DNA from: an uncultured virus (IMG/VR IMGVR_UViG_3300050134_000033)
Taxonomy: Duplodnaviria > Heunggongvirae > Uroviricota > Caudoviricetes
Virus record (IMG/VR): IMGVR_UViG_3300050134_000033
Length of the DNA stretch: 39,747 nt
Strand: one strand, 5' to 3'
Part shown: one piece after another, positions 1-9,049 of the stretch
Numbering within the stretch: position 1 is the first letter of the stretch
Layout of the letters: each line of letters begins with the position of its first letter
Made by a program: the position numbers and the translations under genes
The notes under the pieces: model-generated
Databases searched by the model: none
Told to the model about the DNA's origin: nothing
What the model saw: only the letters and a program-made list of their open reading frames with translations

Positions 1-1
1 A

Positions 2-223
2 GCGGTACGCAAATCCGCTTGGGAGAAATTAAAGTTCGACAACATGGCGGGAGGAGCGGACTACAATTTTCAAAAGAAGACGCCTGTTTCAGCTAGGCTT
101 GATCTGAACGACCCCGCCTTGGTTGTGGCGGCGATCCATCCGGCTAATGCGTGCAGAAAACATCTGAGCAAGGATTACAAACCTGAATCGTGGGAGACAA
201 TTCAAAGACTATGGCAAAAGTAA
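2..223 (+). CDS. C-terminal fragment of a probable GT2-family glycosyltransferase (truncated by window edge)
   Basis: Frame 2 is open to TAA 221-223 and reads AVRKSAWEKLKFDNMAGGADYNFQKK...LVVAAIHPAN. This resembles the 'RRS.W....F.....GED..F....L.VA.IH..N' end of GT-A/GT2 proteins. Confidence 0.5.
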   Translation, partial: AVRKSAWEKLKFDNMAGGADYNFQKKTPVSARLDLNDPALVVAAIHPANACRKHLSKDYKPESWETIQRLWQK

Positions 224-360
224 TGTGTGCGTGCGGTCAACAAGCTCAATGGCGTGTCTACAACCACGATGGCAGTGTCACCTACCACTGCGCTGCATGT
301 GCGAATGCCCGTGCAGCGACCACCACTCGCAAAGAAAAATTGTGCAACTGCATGAGGTAA
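223..360 (+). CDS. 45-aa Cys-rich zinc-binding small protein (not in ORF track)
   Basis: TAATG coupling to the upstream gene. MCACGQQAQWRVYNHDGSVTYHCAACANARAATTTRKEKLCNCMR contains CxC, CxxC and CxC. Confidence 0.6.
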   Translation: MCACGQQAQWRVYNHDGSVTYHCAACANARAATTTRKEKLCNCMR

Positions 361-445
361 CCTCTCATTTCCCCAATAAAACTAGAGTTTTTGATAGTCA
401 GCAGGTTTTTTAGCTTTGCCACTCGTTTATAGGGGATCAGATTGA

Positions 446-1234
446 ATGAGTCAGCACACTGAGTCACAATACACCATCAACGCAGTCCTGAGCGTTGGGG
501 AAAACACCCAATGCGGTGCGACATTTTCCCCGTGGGACTGTGGCACCCCCGTCCTCACGACAGCCACAATAGTCAACAACGACTACTCGTACAACACCCT
601 GATCGTCACCCTAGACCAAGGCTGCGTCACAGGCGGGGCGGTCCAGTTTCAAGGCAGCACCGATGGCGTGAATTGGTTCCCGCTCACTGGCTACGTGCCG
701 GGAATGGGTGGGGTGGTGGGCCCGACCTACACGCTGGAAGCTGACACGTTCCTCGCGGCAGAATTCAACCTCACCGCTATACCGTACTTTCAAGTCGTAC
801 TCGTCAGCCCGATCACTGGGACGGCTTGCGGGAGCCCCGCTGTTTGCGGCTCCGTGGTCTTTGGGTACTCGGCGGACTCATTCGTCACTACGCCGCCGCC
901 CTGTTGCCCGCAGACCGCCTCTGTCGCCAATGCGCCCGAGTCCATCTGCGTAGCGACGACTTCATCGGTTGTGCTGGCATCGAACCCTTCGCGAAAGGGT
1001 CTCAATCTGACGAACATGTCCTATGTCACGATGAGCATCTCCTTCGGCAGCAACCCAGCCATCCTCTTCGCTGGAATCACACTAGCACCCGGGGGTAGCT
1101 TTTGGATGGACAGCAGCGATTTCACGACCTCAGCGGTGAACGCCATAGCCGATGCTGGTCTTTCGTACACCGATTCTTGCTGCGGGAGCCCGCCCACTTT
1201 TTGTGCGCTGATGAGCATTCAGGAATTCCAGTAA
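446..1234 (+). CDS. Putative virion structural protein, beta-rich, 11 Cys
   Basis: 262 aa with 'VQFQGSTDGVNWFPL' and 'LASNPSRKGLNLTN...GITLAPGGS' segments typical of phage accessory structural proteins. First gene of the structural cluster. Confidence 0.65.
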   Translation: MSQHTESQYTINAVLSVGENTQCGATFSPWDCGTPVLTTATIVNNDYSYNTLIVTLDQGCVTGGAVQFQGSTDGVNWFPLTGYVPGMGGVVGPTYTLEADTFLAAEFNLTAIPYFQVVLVSPITGTACGSPAVCGSVVFGYSADSFVTTPPPCCPQTASVANAPESICVATTSSVVLASNPSRKGLNLTNMSYVTMSISFGSNPAILFAGITLAPGGSFWMDSSDFTTSAVNAIADAGLSYTDSCCGSPPTFCALMSIQEFQ

Positions 1235-1267
1235 AGGACTATGTAACTCCTAAACAGAGAGATAACA

Positions 1268-4200
1268 ATGCCAGTTCAAAACCCGTTCGGTCTATCATTT
1301 TCGGGCAATATAACACAGTGGGATAACACTCCGCTTAGCCCGCCATCCGCGTTCGGCACCTGCCCCGGTCTCGGCTGCTGCTCTACTGTCACCGCTGCAA
1401 TTCCAGTCAATGCTTCGCTCTTCGTTGGAACCTGCACATCCCTCACCGCAACGCTTGCTGGAAGCCCGCCAGTTGAAGCACTGAACGTCAATGTGGTCAA
1501 CCCGCTGACTGTCACGTTTACGGAATCTTCGCTCCCCGTCACGCAAGGTACATCCCCTTGGGTTGTGAGCGGCACCGTCGCCATCAGCAACGCCTCGATC
1601 TGCGTCACCCAGTGCACATCCCCGTGGGTCGTAAGCGGGACGGTCGCTTTCAGCAACACAACCATCGCCGTCACAAACACGGGCACGTTCGCCGTACAAG
1701 CCACGATCCCGACGCCCACGGACTGGGGCACTGCACCAGCCACGAGCGTATTGGTTCCCGCCGTCAATGCGGAAATGTTCGTTGGACAGAATGCGGTCAG
1801 TGGAACAAACCCAGTTCCCGTTTCCGCCACGACTGCGGCTAACAATGCTGGCAACCCCATTTACGTTGATGTCACAAACACCGTCCCGGTCACTCTGGCT
1901 TCAACCACGATCACTGGAACCGTAGCAGTCACCCAGAGCACGTCTCCTTGGGTGGTGAGCGGTACTGTCACCGTTTCTGGCACATCCACAGTGCAGGGAA
2001 ACCTCACAAACAACAACGCCGCCCCGAACGCATTCAATCTTGGCGTCCTCCCAGCAATCGCTGAGACCGCATACACGACCATCACCTATACGACAGGCGA
2101 TCAAGTTCTGCCCGTTACCGATCTTCATGGTGCACTCAATGTGGATTGGCAGGCTCTCGCGGGCGCTGCCCTTGGTGGTCCCACCATTTGGGCTACGGCT
2201 CCAACTGGCGAGGAAGTTCAGGGCGTCAACGCTTACTGCTTCCAAGGCACTTCACCGTGGGTCGTTTCTCTTGCATCCACCACCATCACGGGTACGGTTG
2301 CCGTTACCCAGTCTGGAACGTGGACGGTACAGCAAGGCGGGGCTCCGTGGACATTCGTTGGAGCACTCACCAACAACAATGCGGCACCAGCCGCCACGAA
2401 CATTGGCGTTCTGCCCGCTCTCGCTGAGACCGCGTACAACACCATCACGTACACCACGGGCGATCAAGTTCTGCCCGTTACAGACTTGCATGGCGCTCTC
2501 AACCAAGACCTTCAGGCCGTAGCTGGCGTTGCGTTGGGTGCCACAGCCGTCGTACCATACGGCTCTACACCCGCTGGCGTAAACGTGCCTGCGGTCAACG
2601 CTTTCATCACCAACACTGTCCCCGTAACTCTCGCTTCGACGACGATCACGGGCACCGTAGCTGTAACCCAAAGCACATCGCCTTGGGTAGTGAGCGGTAC
2701 TGTAACCGCAACTATTGCAGCGCCTACGGACTGGGGCACAGCACCCGCGACTTCCGTTCTTGTCCCTGCGGTCAACGCAGAAATGTTTGTGGGTCAGAAC
2801 GCCGTCTCGGGTACAAACCCTGTGCCGATCTCCGCTACCACTGCGGCGAACGGAGCGGGCAACCCAATCTACGTTGACGTAACGAACTTCCCAACGACCT
2901 TCGCGGTAACGCAAGGCACATCGCCGTGGGTAGTCTCACTCACTTCCACAACCATCACGGGTACTGTGGCTGTCGATGGTGCACTGAGCAATAACACTGC
3001 GGCACCAGCGGCTACAAACCTTGGTGTTCTCCCCGCCATTGCGGAAACGGCCTACAACACCATTACTTACACCACGGGCAACCAAGTCCTGCCAGTCACG
3101 GACTTGCATGGTGCACTCAACATTGACTTACAGGCACTCGCTGGCACGGCTCTTGGAGCGGGAACCACTTGGGGCACCGCGCCTACAGGTGCGAACGTAC
3201 AAGGCGTTAACGCATACTGCATCCAAGGAACATCTCCTTGGGTCGTATCTCTAGCTTCAACCACAATCACAGGTACGGTTGCGGTCACGCAAAGCACGTC
3301 GCCGTGGATCACCGCTGGAAACCTCACAAACAACAACGCGGCTCCGACTGCCACGCTCACGGGTACTCTGAACGCTATTGCTGAGTCTGCGTACACAAAC
3401 TTGACTTATACGTCAGGCGACATGGTTCTTCCTGCCACGGACTTGCATGGTGCTTTGATGAGCGACCTCGAAGCCATTGCTGGTGTTGCGCTTGGTGCAA
3501 CGGGCGTCACCGCATTTGGTACTGCACCTGCGGCAGTCAACGTTCAAGGTGTCAATGCCTCATTGTTCTCGGGCACCACTGCCCTAACAAACACGGGCGG
3601 TGCATTGAATGTCAACGTTACTGGGTTCTCGGGCGGCACGCTCTCCAACAACACAGCCGCCCCGATTGCCAACAACGAAGGCAGCCTGACCGCCCTTGCT
3701 GCGACCTCATACACGACCAACACTTACACCAACGGCTTCCAAGTTCTGCCTGTCACCGACCTTCATGGTGCATTGAACCAAGACCTTCAGGCCGTGGCGG
3801 GAATCCAGCTTGGAGCAACGGCTGTCACCGCCTACGGCACCACGCCTGCGGCTGTAAACGTCCCCGCTGTGAACGCTTTCGTAACGAATACCATCACGGT
3901 TGCTGGAAACAGAAGCAACAACACCGCTGTACCGGGTGCGTTGAACATCGGCGCTCTTGTGTCTATCACGGCACCGTCCAACACAACGTTCCCGACCTAC
4001 GTGGCGGGCAACGAAAGCTTATTGGTCACGGACCTCTCTGGTAACCTCAACACAGACGTACAATACTGGGGCGGCTCCGACCTCGGACCTGCATCCAACT
4101 ACGGTACTTCCCCGGGCGCTGTACTTGTTCCGGGCGTCAACGCCTTCGTCACCAACCCAGTCAGTGTCTATGGTTACTACACCAACAACAACGCCGCCCC

Positions 4201-5041
4201 GAACACGCAACTCCTGCCCGTAATCGGTGCTATCGCCGAAACCTCGTACACGACGATCACGTACACCACAGGCGACATGGTTCTCCCAGTGGTTGATTTA
4301 CACGGTGCCACAAACACCGACCTACAAGCTGTCGCTGGAACCGCTGTTGTCACGGTCGCGGCTGGTGTGCAGGAAGTTGGCATCGTCGGCAGCACTGGTG
4401 CCGCGATGGATACCCCAATCGGGGCAAGTACCGCCGCTGCGAATGCTCTCCAGATCGCCGCTGTAACGTTAACAACTGCACCTACTCTAACCAATGGTCA
4501 ATCTGGAGCGGTGCAGGCCGACACCACAGGCAGCATCTTTATCAACAATGATGGGCGCAAGGCTACCTACTCTTGCTATGCCTCATTCACCCCCGTCGCG
4601 GGTGATATTGCCGTACTGCCGGGTAGCGCAAGCAAGACCATCCGTATCCACCGCATTGAAGTGTCCCTCTCCACGACTGGCACCGCTGGCGTGGAGGCTG
4701 TTACGCTGGTCAAGCGTTCGGCGGCTGACACAGGCGGAACCTCCGCAGCGATGACCGCTGTGCCACACGACAGTGCCTTCGCCGCTGCCAGTGCCGCCCC
4801 ACGCAACTACACGGCTGCCCCAACTTTGGGAGCCGCTGTTGGTACAGTTCGCGGTGCTCAGTTCTTTGACGAGTCAGCATCGACGACTGGTGCCAACACT
4901 TGGTTGTGGACATTCGGCGACGGACGCGGTGGTGCCGCTGCTATCGTTCTTCGTGGCATTGCCCAGCAACTTGCAATCAACCTCAGTGGTGTCATAGCCA
5001 CTCAAACTGTCTCCGTCAGCTACGAGTGGACTGAGGAATAA
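1268..5041 (+). CDS. Long repetitive fibre-like virion protein (1257 aa)
   Basis: T/A/G/V/N-rich. Eight 'TSPW' repeats, seven 'NN.A.P...D(L)HGA'-type modules and a distinct globular C-terminal domain. Confidence 0.75.
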   Translation: MPVQNPFGLSFSGNITQWDNTPLSPPSAFGTCPGLGCCSTVTAAIPVNASLFVGTCTSLTATLAGSPPVEALNVNVVNPLTVTFTESSLPVTQGTSPWVVSGTVAISNASICVTQCTSPWVVSGTVAFSNTTIAVTNTGTFAVQATIPTPTDWGTAPATSVLVPAVNAEMFVGQNAVSGTNPVPVSATTAANNAGNPIYVDVTNTVPVTLASTTITGTVAVTQSTSPWVVSGTVTVSGTSTVQGNLTNNNAAPNAFNLGVLPAIAETAYTTITYTTGDQVLPVTDLHGALNVDWQALAGAALGGPTIWATAPTGEEVQGVNAYCFQGTSPWVVSLASTTITGTVAVTQSGTWTVQQGGAPWTFVGALTNNNAAPAATNIGVLPALAETAYNTITYTTGDQVLPVTDLHGALNQDLQAVAGVALGATAVVPYGSTPAGVNVPAVNAFITNTVPVTLASTTITGTVAVTQSTSPWVVSGTVTATIAAPTDWGTAPATSVLVPAVNAEMFVGQNAVSGTNPVPISATTAANGAGNPIYVDVTNFPTTFAVTQGTSPWVVSLTSTTITGTVAVDGALSNNTAAPAATNLGVLPAIAETAYNTITYTTGNQVLPVTDLHGALNIDLQALAGTALGAGTTWGTAPTGANVQGVNAYCIQGTSPWVVSLASTTITGTVAVTQSTSPWITAGNLTNNNAAPTATLTGTLNAIAESAYTNLTYTSGDMVLPATDLHGALMSDLEAIAGVALGATGVTAFGTAPAAVNVQGVNASLFSGTTALTNTGGALNVNVTGFSGGTLSNNTAAPIANNEGSLTALAATSYTTNTYTNGFQVLPVTDLHGALNQDLQAVAGIQLGATAVTAYGTTPAAVNVPAVNAFVTNTITVAGNRSNNTAVPGALNIGALVSITAPSNTTFPTYVAGNESLLVTDLSGNLNTDVQYWGGSDLGPASNYGTSPGAVLVPGVNAFVTNPVSVYGYYTNNNAAPNTQLLPVIGAIAETSYTTITYTTGDMVLPVVDLHGATNTDLQAVAGTAVVTVAAGVQEVGIVGSTGAAMDTPIGASTAAANALQIAAVTLTTAPTLTNGQSGAVQADTTGSIFINNDGRKATYSCYASFTPVAGDIAVLPGSASKTIRIHRIEVSLSTTGTAGVEAVTLVKRSAADTGGTSAAMTAVPHDSAFAAASAAPRNYTAAPTLGAAVGTVRGAQFFDESASTTGANTWLWTFGDGRGGAAAIVLRGIAQQLAINLSGVIATQTVSVSYEWTEE
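1720..2885 (+). repeat. Internal duplication of about 54 aa (TDWGTAPATSVLVPAVNAEMFVGQNAVSGTNPVP.SATTAAN.AGNPIYVDVTN) at about 1720-1880 and 2725-2885
   Basis: Near-identical protein sequence with mostly synonymous DNA differences. Confidence 0.85.
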
Positions 5042-5044
5042 TCC

Positions 5045-5785
5045 GTGCCATTCACCCACGTTCTAGGATCGGGCGCAACTGGATCAGGTGCGGGAAATAC
5101 GGCTACTATCACACTAGGTGCTGCTCCAACGCAGGGAAACCTCGTCTGCTTCGGTATTGTCATTACGGCTGGCACCACTGCCATTCCAACGATCTCGGGT
5201 CTCGTAATCGAAGACAGCAACGGCAACGTTTACACCGTCACACCCCAATCACCCTCAGCGGAAATCACACAGACTGGCAATACGTTTCCAACCAGCACGA
5301 CTGGCGCAACCTACGCGGCCTATCTACTTTCCGCTCCAGCGAATGCCAGCGCAACGATCACCGCTACTTGGACGGTGACAGGTGGGGGCGGCGGTATGCA
5401 GAGCACTCAGATTTTCGCTGACGAATTTAGTTATACGGGCGGGAGTGCCGTATTTGATACCTCCGTTGCGGCAACTAACGTGGCTGGTGCAACCACAGTC
5501 ACCACCCCAAGCATCACGCCCACCCACGCGGGCTCACTGATCTACAACACCACTGGAAGCTGCAATACGATTACGGCGGTTGGTGGAACATGGGTAGCTG
5601 GGGGCGGTGGAGCGCAAAACGGCGACGAATCAGCCTACGTTCTGAGCCAGACTGGGGCGCTCGCGGCAGACTACACGCAATCGGGCTCTTACGGTTGGTC
5701 GGGGGTATCGATGGCATTTTTCATCGCCTCCGCTGGAAACCCCGGCGCGGGCTACAACCGAATGCCCGTGTTCATGTTGGGGTAA
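5045..5785 (+). CDS. Putative virion structural or decoration protein (GTG start)
   Basis: 246 aa, Thr/Gly/Ala-rich beta-sandwich-like pattern. GAGG lies upstream and it follows the fibre gene. Confidence 0.65.
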   Translation: MPFTHVLGSGATGSGAGNTATITLGAAPTQGNLVCFGIVITAGTTAIPTISGLVIEDSNGNVYTVTPQSPSAEITQTGNTFPTSTTGATYAAYLLSAPANASATITATWTVTGGGGGMQSTQIFADEFSYTGGSAVFDTSVAATNVAGATTVTTPSITPTHAGSLIYNTTGSCNTITAVGGTWVAGGGGAQNGDESAYVLSQTGALAADYTQSGSYGWSGVSMAFFIASAGNPGAGYNRMPVFMLG

Positions 5786-5825
5786 TTTTCTGATTTCGTA
5801 AAGGATTAAATAGAGAGGGACAATT

Positions 5826-6329
5826 ATGGCAAGAACATCGATCACGAACAACCCGATTCCCGGCCCATACGTCAGCAGCCCCGCTGCTGGTCAACTCATG
5901 CTGAATCTCGTTCCAGCCGATCCAGCCAACGGAAACTGTTTCACAGCAACGGGTTCCGACTGTATTGCCCTGTATTGTCGCGAGTGTGACTTCGTTTGGA
6001 ATGCCACGCAAGCTTACACCGTGGGTCAGTATGTGCAGATGGCTCAAGCTGAGCCCACGCAGCACTACATCTGCGCTATCGCGAACACTGGCATCAACCC
6101 CACCACAGACACGGGCGGCAATTGGACAGTCTACGAAGGCGAGACTGCCACGCTTCACTCCACGGCGGACGCATTCGGTCGCACTGGTGACATCGTAAAT
6201 TACCTCGTGTATCCCGGCACCATCGCAACATACTATTTTGTGGAAGCTGGCTGGGTGCAGTCTGATGGGACGATCTACTTCAACTGTTCTTCGGCTCGTA
6301 TGTTGGTCGCCGTCTGCCAGACGCCGTAA
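5826..6329 (+). CDS. Putative virion protein with inserted CBM5/12-like module
   Basis: 'PADPANGNCF...DAFGRTGDI...GWVQSDGTIY' phage structural pattern with internal 'WNATQAYTVGQYV...HYIC...NTGINP...GNW'. GAGGG RBS. Confidence 0.6.
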   Translation: MARTSITNNPIPGPYVSSPAAGQLMLNLVPADPANGNCFTATGSDCIALYCRECDFVWNATQAYTVGQYVQMAQAEPTQHYICAIANTGINPTTDTGGNWTVYEGETATLHSTADAFGRTGDIVNYLVYPGTIATYYFVEAGWVQSDGTIYFNCSSARMLVAVCQTP

Positions 6330-6620
6330 TTACCGCTTCACTTCTTCGCCGGGGAATAGCATCGTTGCGGGCTTGACGAGTCCTCGCTGGTACGCGATCA
6401 CCAAACGGAATTCTTCCAAGGTCAGACACCCTTTCAACTGGTTGCATTTACGGCAGGCATCTACGATGTTGCCCGTGCCGCCTGAACCATTGCGGCTCTT
6501 CGGCTGTTTGTGGTCACGGGTTTTCTTCTTCCTGCTCAAGGTCTTCCCGCAGTAGAAGCAGCAGAAGGTAGCCTGTTTACGCATGTGCTGAATTCGCGCT
6601 TTCTCGCTTTCGAGCTTCAT
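6330..6620 (-). CDS. HNH endonuclease
   Basis: CFYCG...TRDHKQPKSRNG...NIVDACRKCNQLKG. Confidence 0.85.
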   Translation of the reverse strand: MKLESEKARIQHMRKQATFCCFYCGKTLSRKKKTRDHKQPKSRNGSGGTGNIVDACRKCNQLKGCLTLEEFRLVIAYQRGLVKPATMLFPGEEVKR

Positions 6621-7203
6621 AACGCTCCTTCAAAGTTTGGAGTAAGCCCGAATCACGAAGCAGAATCATATCCGCGTATGTCAACAGGTTCCGCTTGAGT
6701 TGATTGCAAAAGGTGCAACAGACGACTAGGTTTTCTTTTTCATACCCTTCATCGTTGTCTACCCTGTCGAGGTTGTAGCCGAATCCTCTACCATCTTTGA
6801 GAGCTTCCAGACGTGAATACTCTCGCCATACAATGCTCCCGTCACAGTAATGACAATCCTTAATTTTTGTGAATGTTAGAAACTCGTCGAACGACAAGAA
6901 ATTCCAGTCCTTTCGTTTACCGCCTCTAGCAGGCCCCTTCAAAAGCATCATGCGGTAGACAGCCTCGTAGGGGCGTTTCGTCCATCTTTGGCGAGAACAA
7001 ACTTTGCAAAGGCCAATCATCGCTGGCAACTGACACGCTCGTCCCGCTATTTCTCTCTTTTTGCAGTTGGAGCAGAGGAACACATAGCGGCTTTCTAGTG
7101 TCTTCTTCCGGCGAGGCCCGTGGCTGTAAAGTCTCTGTTCGATTCGGATTGCATCTTTAGGATCGAGCCCGATGGTGGGCTGGATTTGGGTTGTGTTAAT
7201 CAC
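6577..7203 (-). CDS. HNH-like (His-Me finger) endonuclease
   Basis: CHYCD...LDRVDNDEGYEKENLVVCCTFCNQLK, plus N-terminal CxxC pairs. Confidence 0.8.
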   Translation of the reverse strand: MINTTQIQPTIGLDPKDAIRIEQRLYSHGPRRKKTLESRYVFLCSNCKKREIAGRACQLPAMIGLCKVCSRQRWTKRPYEAVYRMMLLKGPARGGKRKDWNFLSFDEFLTFTKIKDCHYCDGSIVWREYSRLEALKDGRGFGYNLDRVDNDEGYEKENLVVCCTFCNQLKRNLLTYADMILLRDSGLLQTLKERYEARKRESANSAHA

Positions 7204-7427
7204 TAGCTAGACTCCTGACGTTGAATCGCGTCCATATTGGCTAATACCAAAGCGGCGGACGTAAGGGCGTCCCAAATATGCGTGGGGTCTCCTTCAATCT
7301 CGAAATCGGTCGGAGAAAGCAGTTCGGGGTTGGTTTCGGTAATGCGGACGCGAACATGATTGTGTCCGAGAGCTTCAATGATGACATCGCACTTGTGGTG
7401 GATTTCCAGTACAAGCCTCTGGGACAT
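7203..7427 (-). CDS. Hypothetical protein
   Basis: GGAGG RBS before ATG 7427; stop overlaps the next start. Confidence 0.55.
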   Translation of the reverse strand: MSQRLVLEIHHKCDVIIEALGHNHVRVRITETNPELLSPTDFEIEGDPTHIWDALTSAALVLANMDAIQRQESS

Positions 7428-7475
7428 CAGACCGCCCTCCCGATCCAACCTCACTAATGAATCGGGAAGACGAAA

Positions 7476-7667
7476 TTATAGGCGGTAGGTTACGTAGTCG
7501 TTGTAGCCTTCGTTTGGGTCAAGCTCGTGCAGAGTCGGCCACTTCAAACGACCATCATTCGCAACATGCTGTCGCGTGGCGGCGTCCTTGTTTTTATCAT
7601 CGTGACCCAACGGCTTTTCACAGGGATACCCGTGATGCACTTCGGTGCAGAGAAAAATTGCTCCCAT
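7476..7667 (-). CDS. Hypothetical small Cys/His protein
   Basis: AGGAGG RBS; MGAIFLCTEVHHGYPCEKPLGH... Confidence 0.55.
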   Translation of the reverse strand: MGAIFLCTEVHHGYPCEKPLGHDDKNKDAATRQHVANDGRLKWPTLHELDPNEGYNDYVTYRL

Positions 7668-7668
7668 G

Positions 7669-7962
7669 CTATTCCTCCTTCTTGTAAAACTTTTTCGCGG
7701 CAGCCCATCCCGCCTTAAAATCGGGATACTGCATCTTGACACTCAGGTTTGTGTAGCTGCCATATTCGTTGCGATCCAACGTATAATCGTTGAACATGTC
7801 CCCCGCCCTGTATTCCTCTTCGATGTGTTTCTCGAACGCCGCGTGGATCGCTTTGAGTTCTGCGCTCTCTTTACGCACGGATTCTTTTTTCCGCACTACT
7901 TTCTCTTTCTTGTGGATGTCTCTCGTGACGCCGAATTCTACCCAATCCTGTGACTCACTCAT
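7669..7962 (-). CDS. Hypothetical protein
   Basis: ATGA overlap with the upstream gene; compact operon packing. Confidence 0.55.
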   Translation of the reverse strand: MSESQDWVEFGVTRDIHKKEKVVRKKESVRKESAELKAIHAAFEKHIEEEYRAGDMFNDYTLDRNEYGSYTNLSVKMQYPDFKAGWAAAKKFYKKEE

Positions 7963-8318
7963 CTGACTTCGCCTCTTTCGAGCTTGTCTCGGAACGCCTG
8001 CATCCGTTCTTCGCGTCCGATCCAAAGTCGCTGGAAATCTTCCTCGGTGACCTCAGGCCTTACGCACTTCCAAGTCCCGTGGTGATAGATGACATCCTCA
8101 CCCTTGACCGCCACGAAGCATTTCTTACAGGGACCGTAAGCGGCAGGCACGAGCGACATGAATCCCGATTCAACCGCGCAACTCATGGAGCAGAATGCGT
8201 GAGAGCCATCCCAATTATCGGGGACCTCAACGAATCGCTGACCCCGGGGCTCGTCGGGGCGCTCATGGTGGATACGCCGCGACCAGCAGTCCGGGTTAAA
8301 GCACGGAACTTTCCTCAT
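7959..8318 (-). CDS. Hypothetical Cys-rich (zinc-binding) protein, probably leaderless
   Basis: CxxxxC, CSMSC and CKKC motifs; GTATTA 6 nt before the ATG. Confidence 0.6.
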   Translation of the reverse strand: MRKVPCFNPDCWSRRIHHERPDEPRGQRFVEVPDNWDGSHAFCSMSCAVESGFMSLVPAAYGPCKKCFVAVKGEDVIYHHGTWKCVRPEVTEEDFQRLWIGREERMQAFRDKLERGEVR

Positions 8319-8324
8319 AGCCTA

Positions 8325-8330
8325 TAATAC
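8325..8330 (-). promoter_or_regulatory. GTATTA promoter-like hexamer 6 nt before ATG 8318
   Basis: Same hexamer and spacing recur before several other - strand genes. Confidence 0.6.
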
Positions 8331-8354
8331 CGCATTTCTTGGGAAATTCTTGTA

Positions 8355-8386
8355 CTCAAAATGGGTACGATTGTACCCATTTTGAG
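8355..8386. repeat. Perfect 14-bp inverted repeat CTCAAAATGGGTAC-gatt-GTACCCATTTTGAG
   Basis: Read directly; intergenic; no U-tract on either side. Confidence 0.85.
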
Positions 8387-8392
8387 AGCAGC

Positions 8393-8719
8393 TTAGCGGG
8401 CGTCGAACCCGATGTTCACTGCCGTCGTCTTCAACGAGTCGGGGATGATCGGTGTGCGGTGCAGGGACATGGGATCGACTGTCAGTGCTTCCTTGGGTAC
8501 GACCACCTTCTTGATGGTGATACGCGGGCGCACCGTCGTCCTGTTCTCAACCTTCACTTCGACAGGCTGGAAGACTACGGGAGCGGGCGTCACGGTGACC
8601 TGAACGGACTTACGTGTGGACAACATGAGGGCACTGGCTACGACAGCGATGGCGAGGATCGCCGTTGGGAGCAGGCCCAGATTGATGCTGATGCTGTTAT
8701 CGGGAGAGTTGTAGTTCAT
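8393..8719 (-). CDS. Hypothetical single-TM membrane protein
   Basis: Hydrophobic LGLLPTAILAIAVVASALML segment; GAGG RBS. Confidence 0.55.
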   Translation of the reverse strand: MNYNSPDNSISINLGLLPTAILAIAVVASALMLSTRKSVQVTVTPAPVVFQPVEVKVENRTTVRPRITIKKVVVPKEALTVDPMSLHRTPIIPDSLKTTAVNIGFDAR

Positions 8720-8731
8720 GGTTTCCTCTTT

Positions 8732-9049
8732 TTAAGCGAGTATGGCGTAAGCCATATCGAGATGTTCATCACGCTTCCTCTTGCTTTTCCACGTCGCACG
8801 GCAGTGGGCGGGATTGCAGTAGTAACGCCCTTGATGCCTGAAATAGTAGCGGTTGTCAACGCAGCCCGTGCGCTTGTAATACTGGATTGGGCTCTCGTTC
8901 TTCCGACGCGGCGGGCGGTAGACGGTGTACAGCGAACTGTTGCCGTTAACTACGACAATGCTTTCCCCCGCCTTTAATTCGGACGCCTTGACTCGGCGGT
9001 TGCCGCCTAAGCGGTAGGTTCCATCCCCGTCATTGTAACTCAAACTCAT
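8732..9049 (-). CDS. Hypothetical basic protein with a C2H2-like end
   Basis: YCNPAHCRATWKSKRKRDEH; ATGA coupling. Confidence 0.5.
   Translation of the reverse strand: MSLSYNDGDGTYRLGGNRRVKASELKAGESIVVVNGNSSLYTVYRPPRRKNESPIQYYKRTGCVDNRYYFRHQGRYYCNPAHCRATWKSKRKRDEHLDMAYAILA

Noticed and set aside
1720..2885. Repeat pair as a diversity-generating retroelement TR/VR
   Set aside because: Both copies are in frame in one gene, the differences are mostly synonymous and not adenine-specific, and there is no reverse transcriptase in the window.
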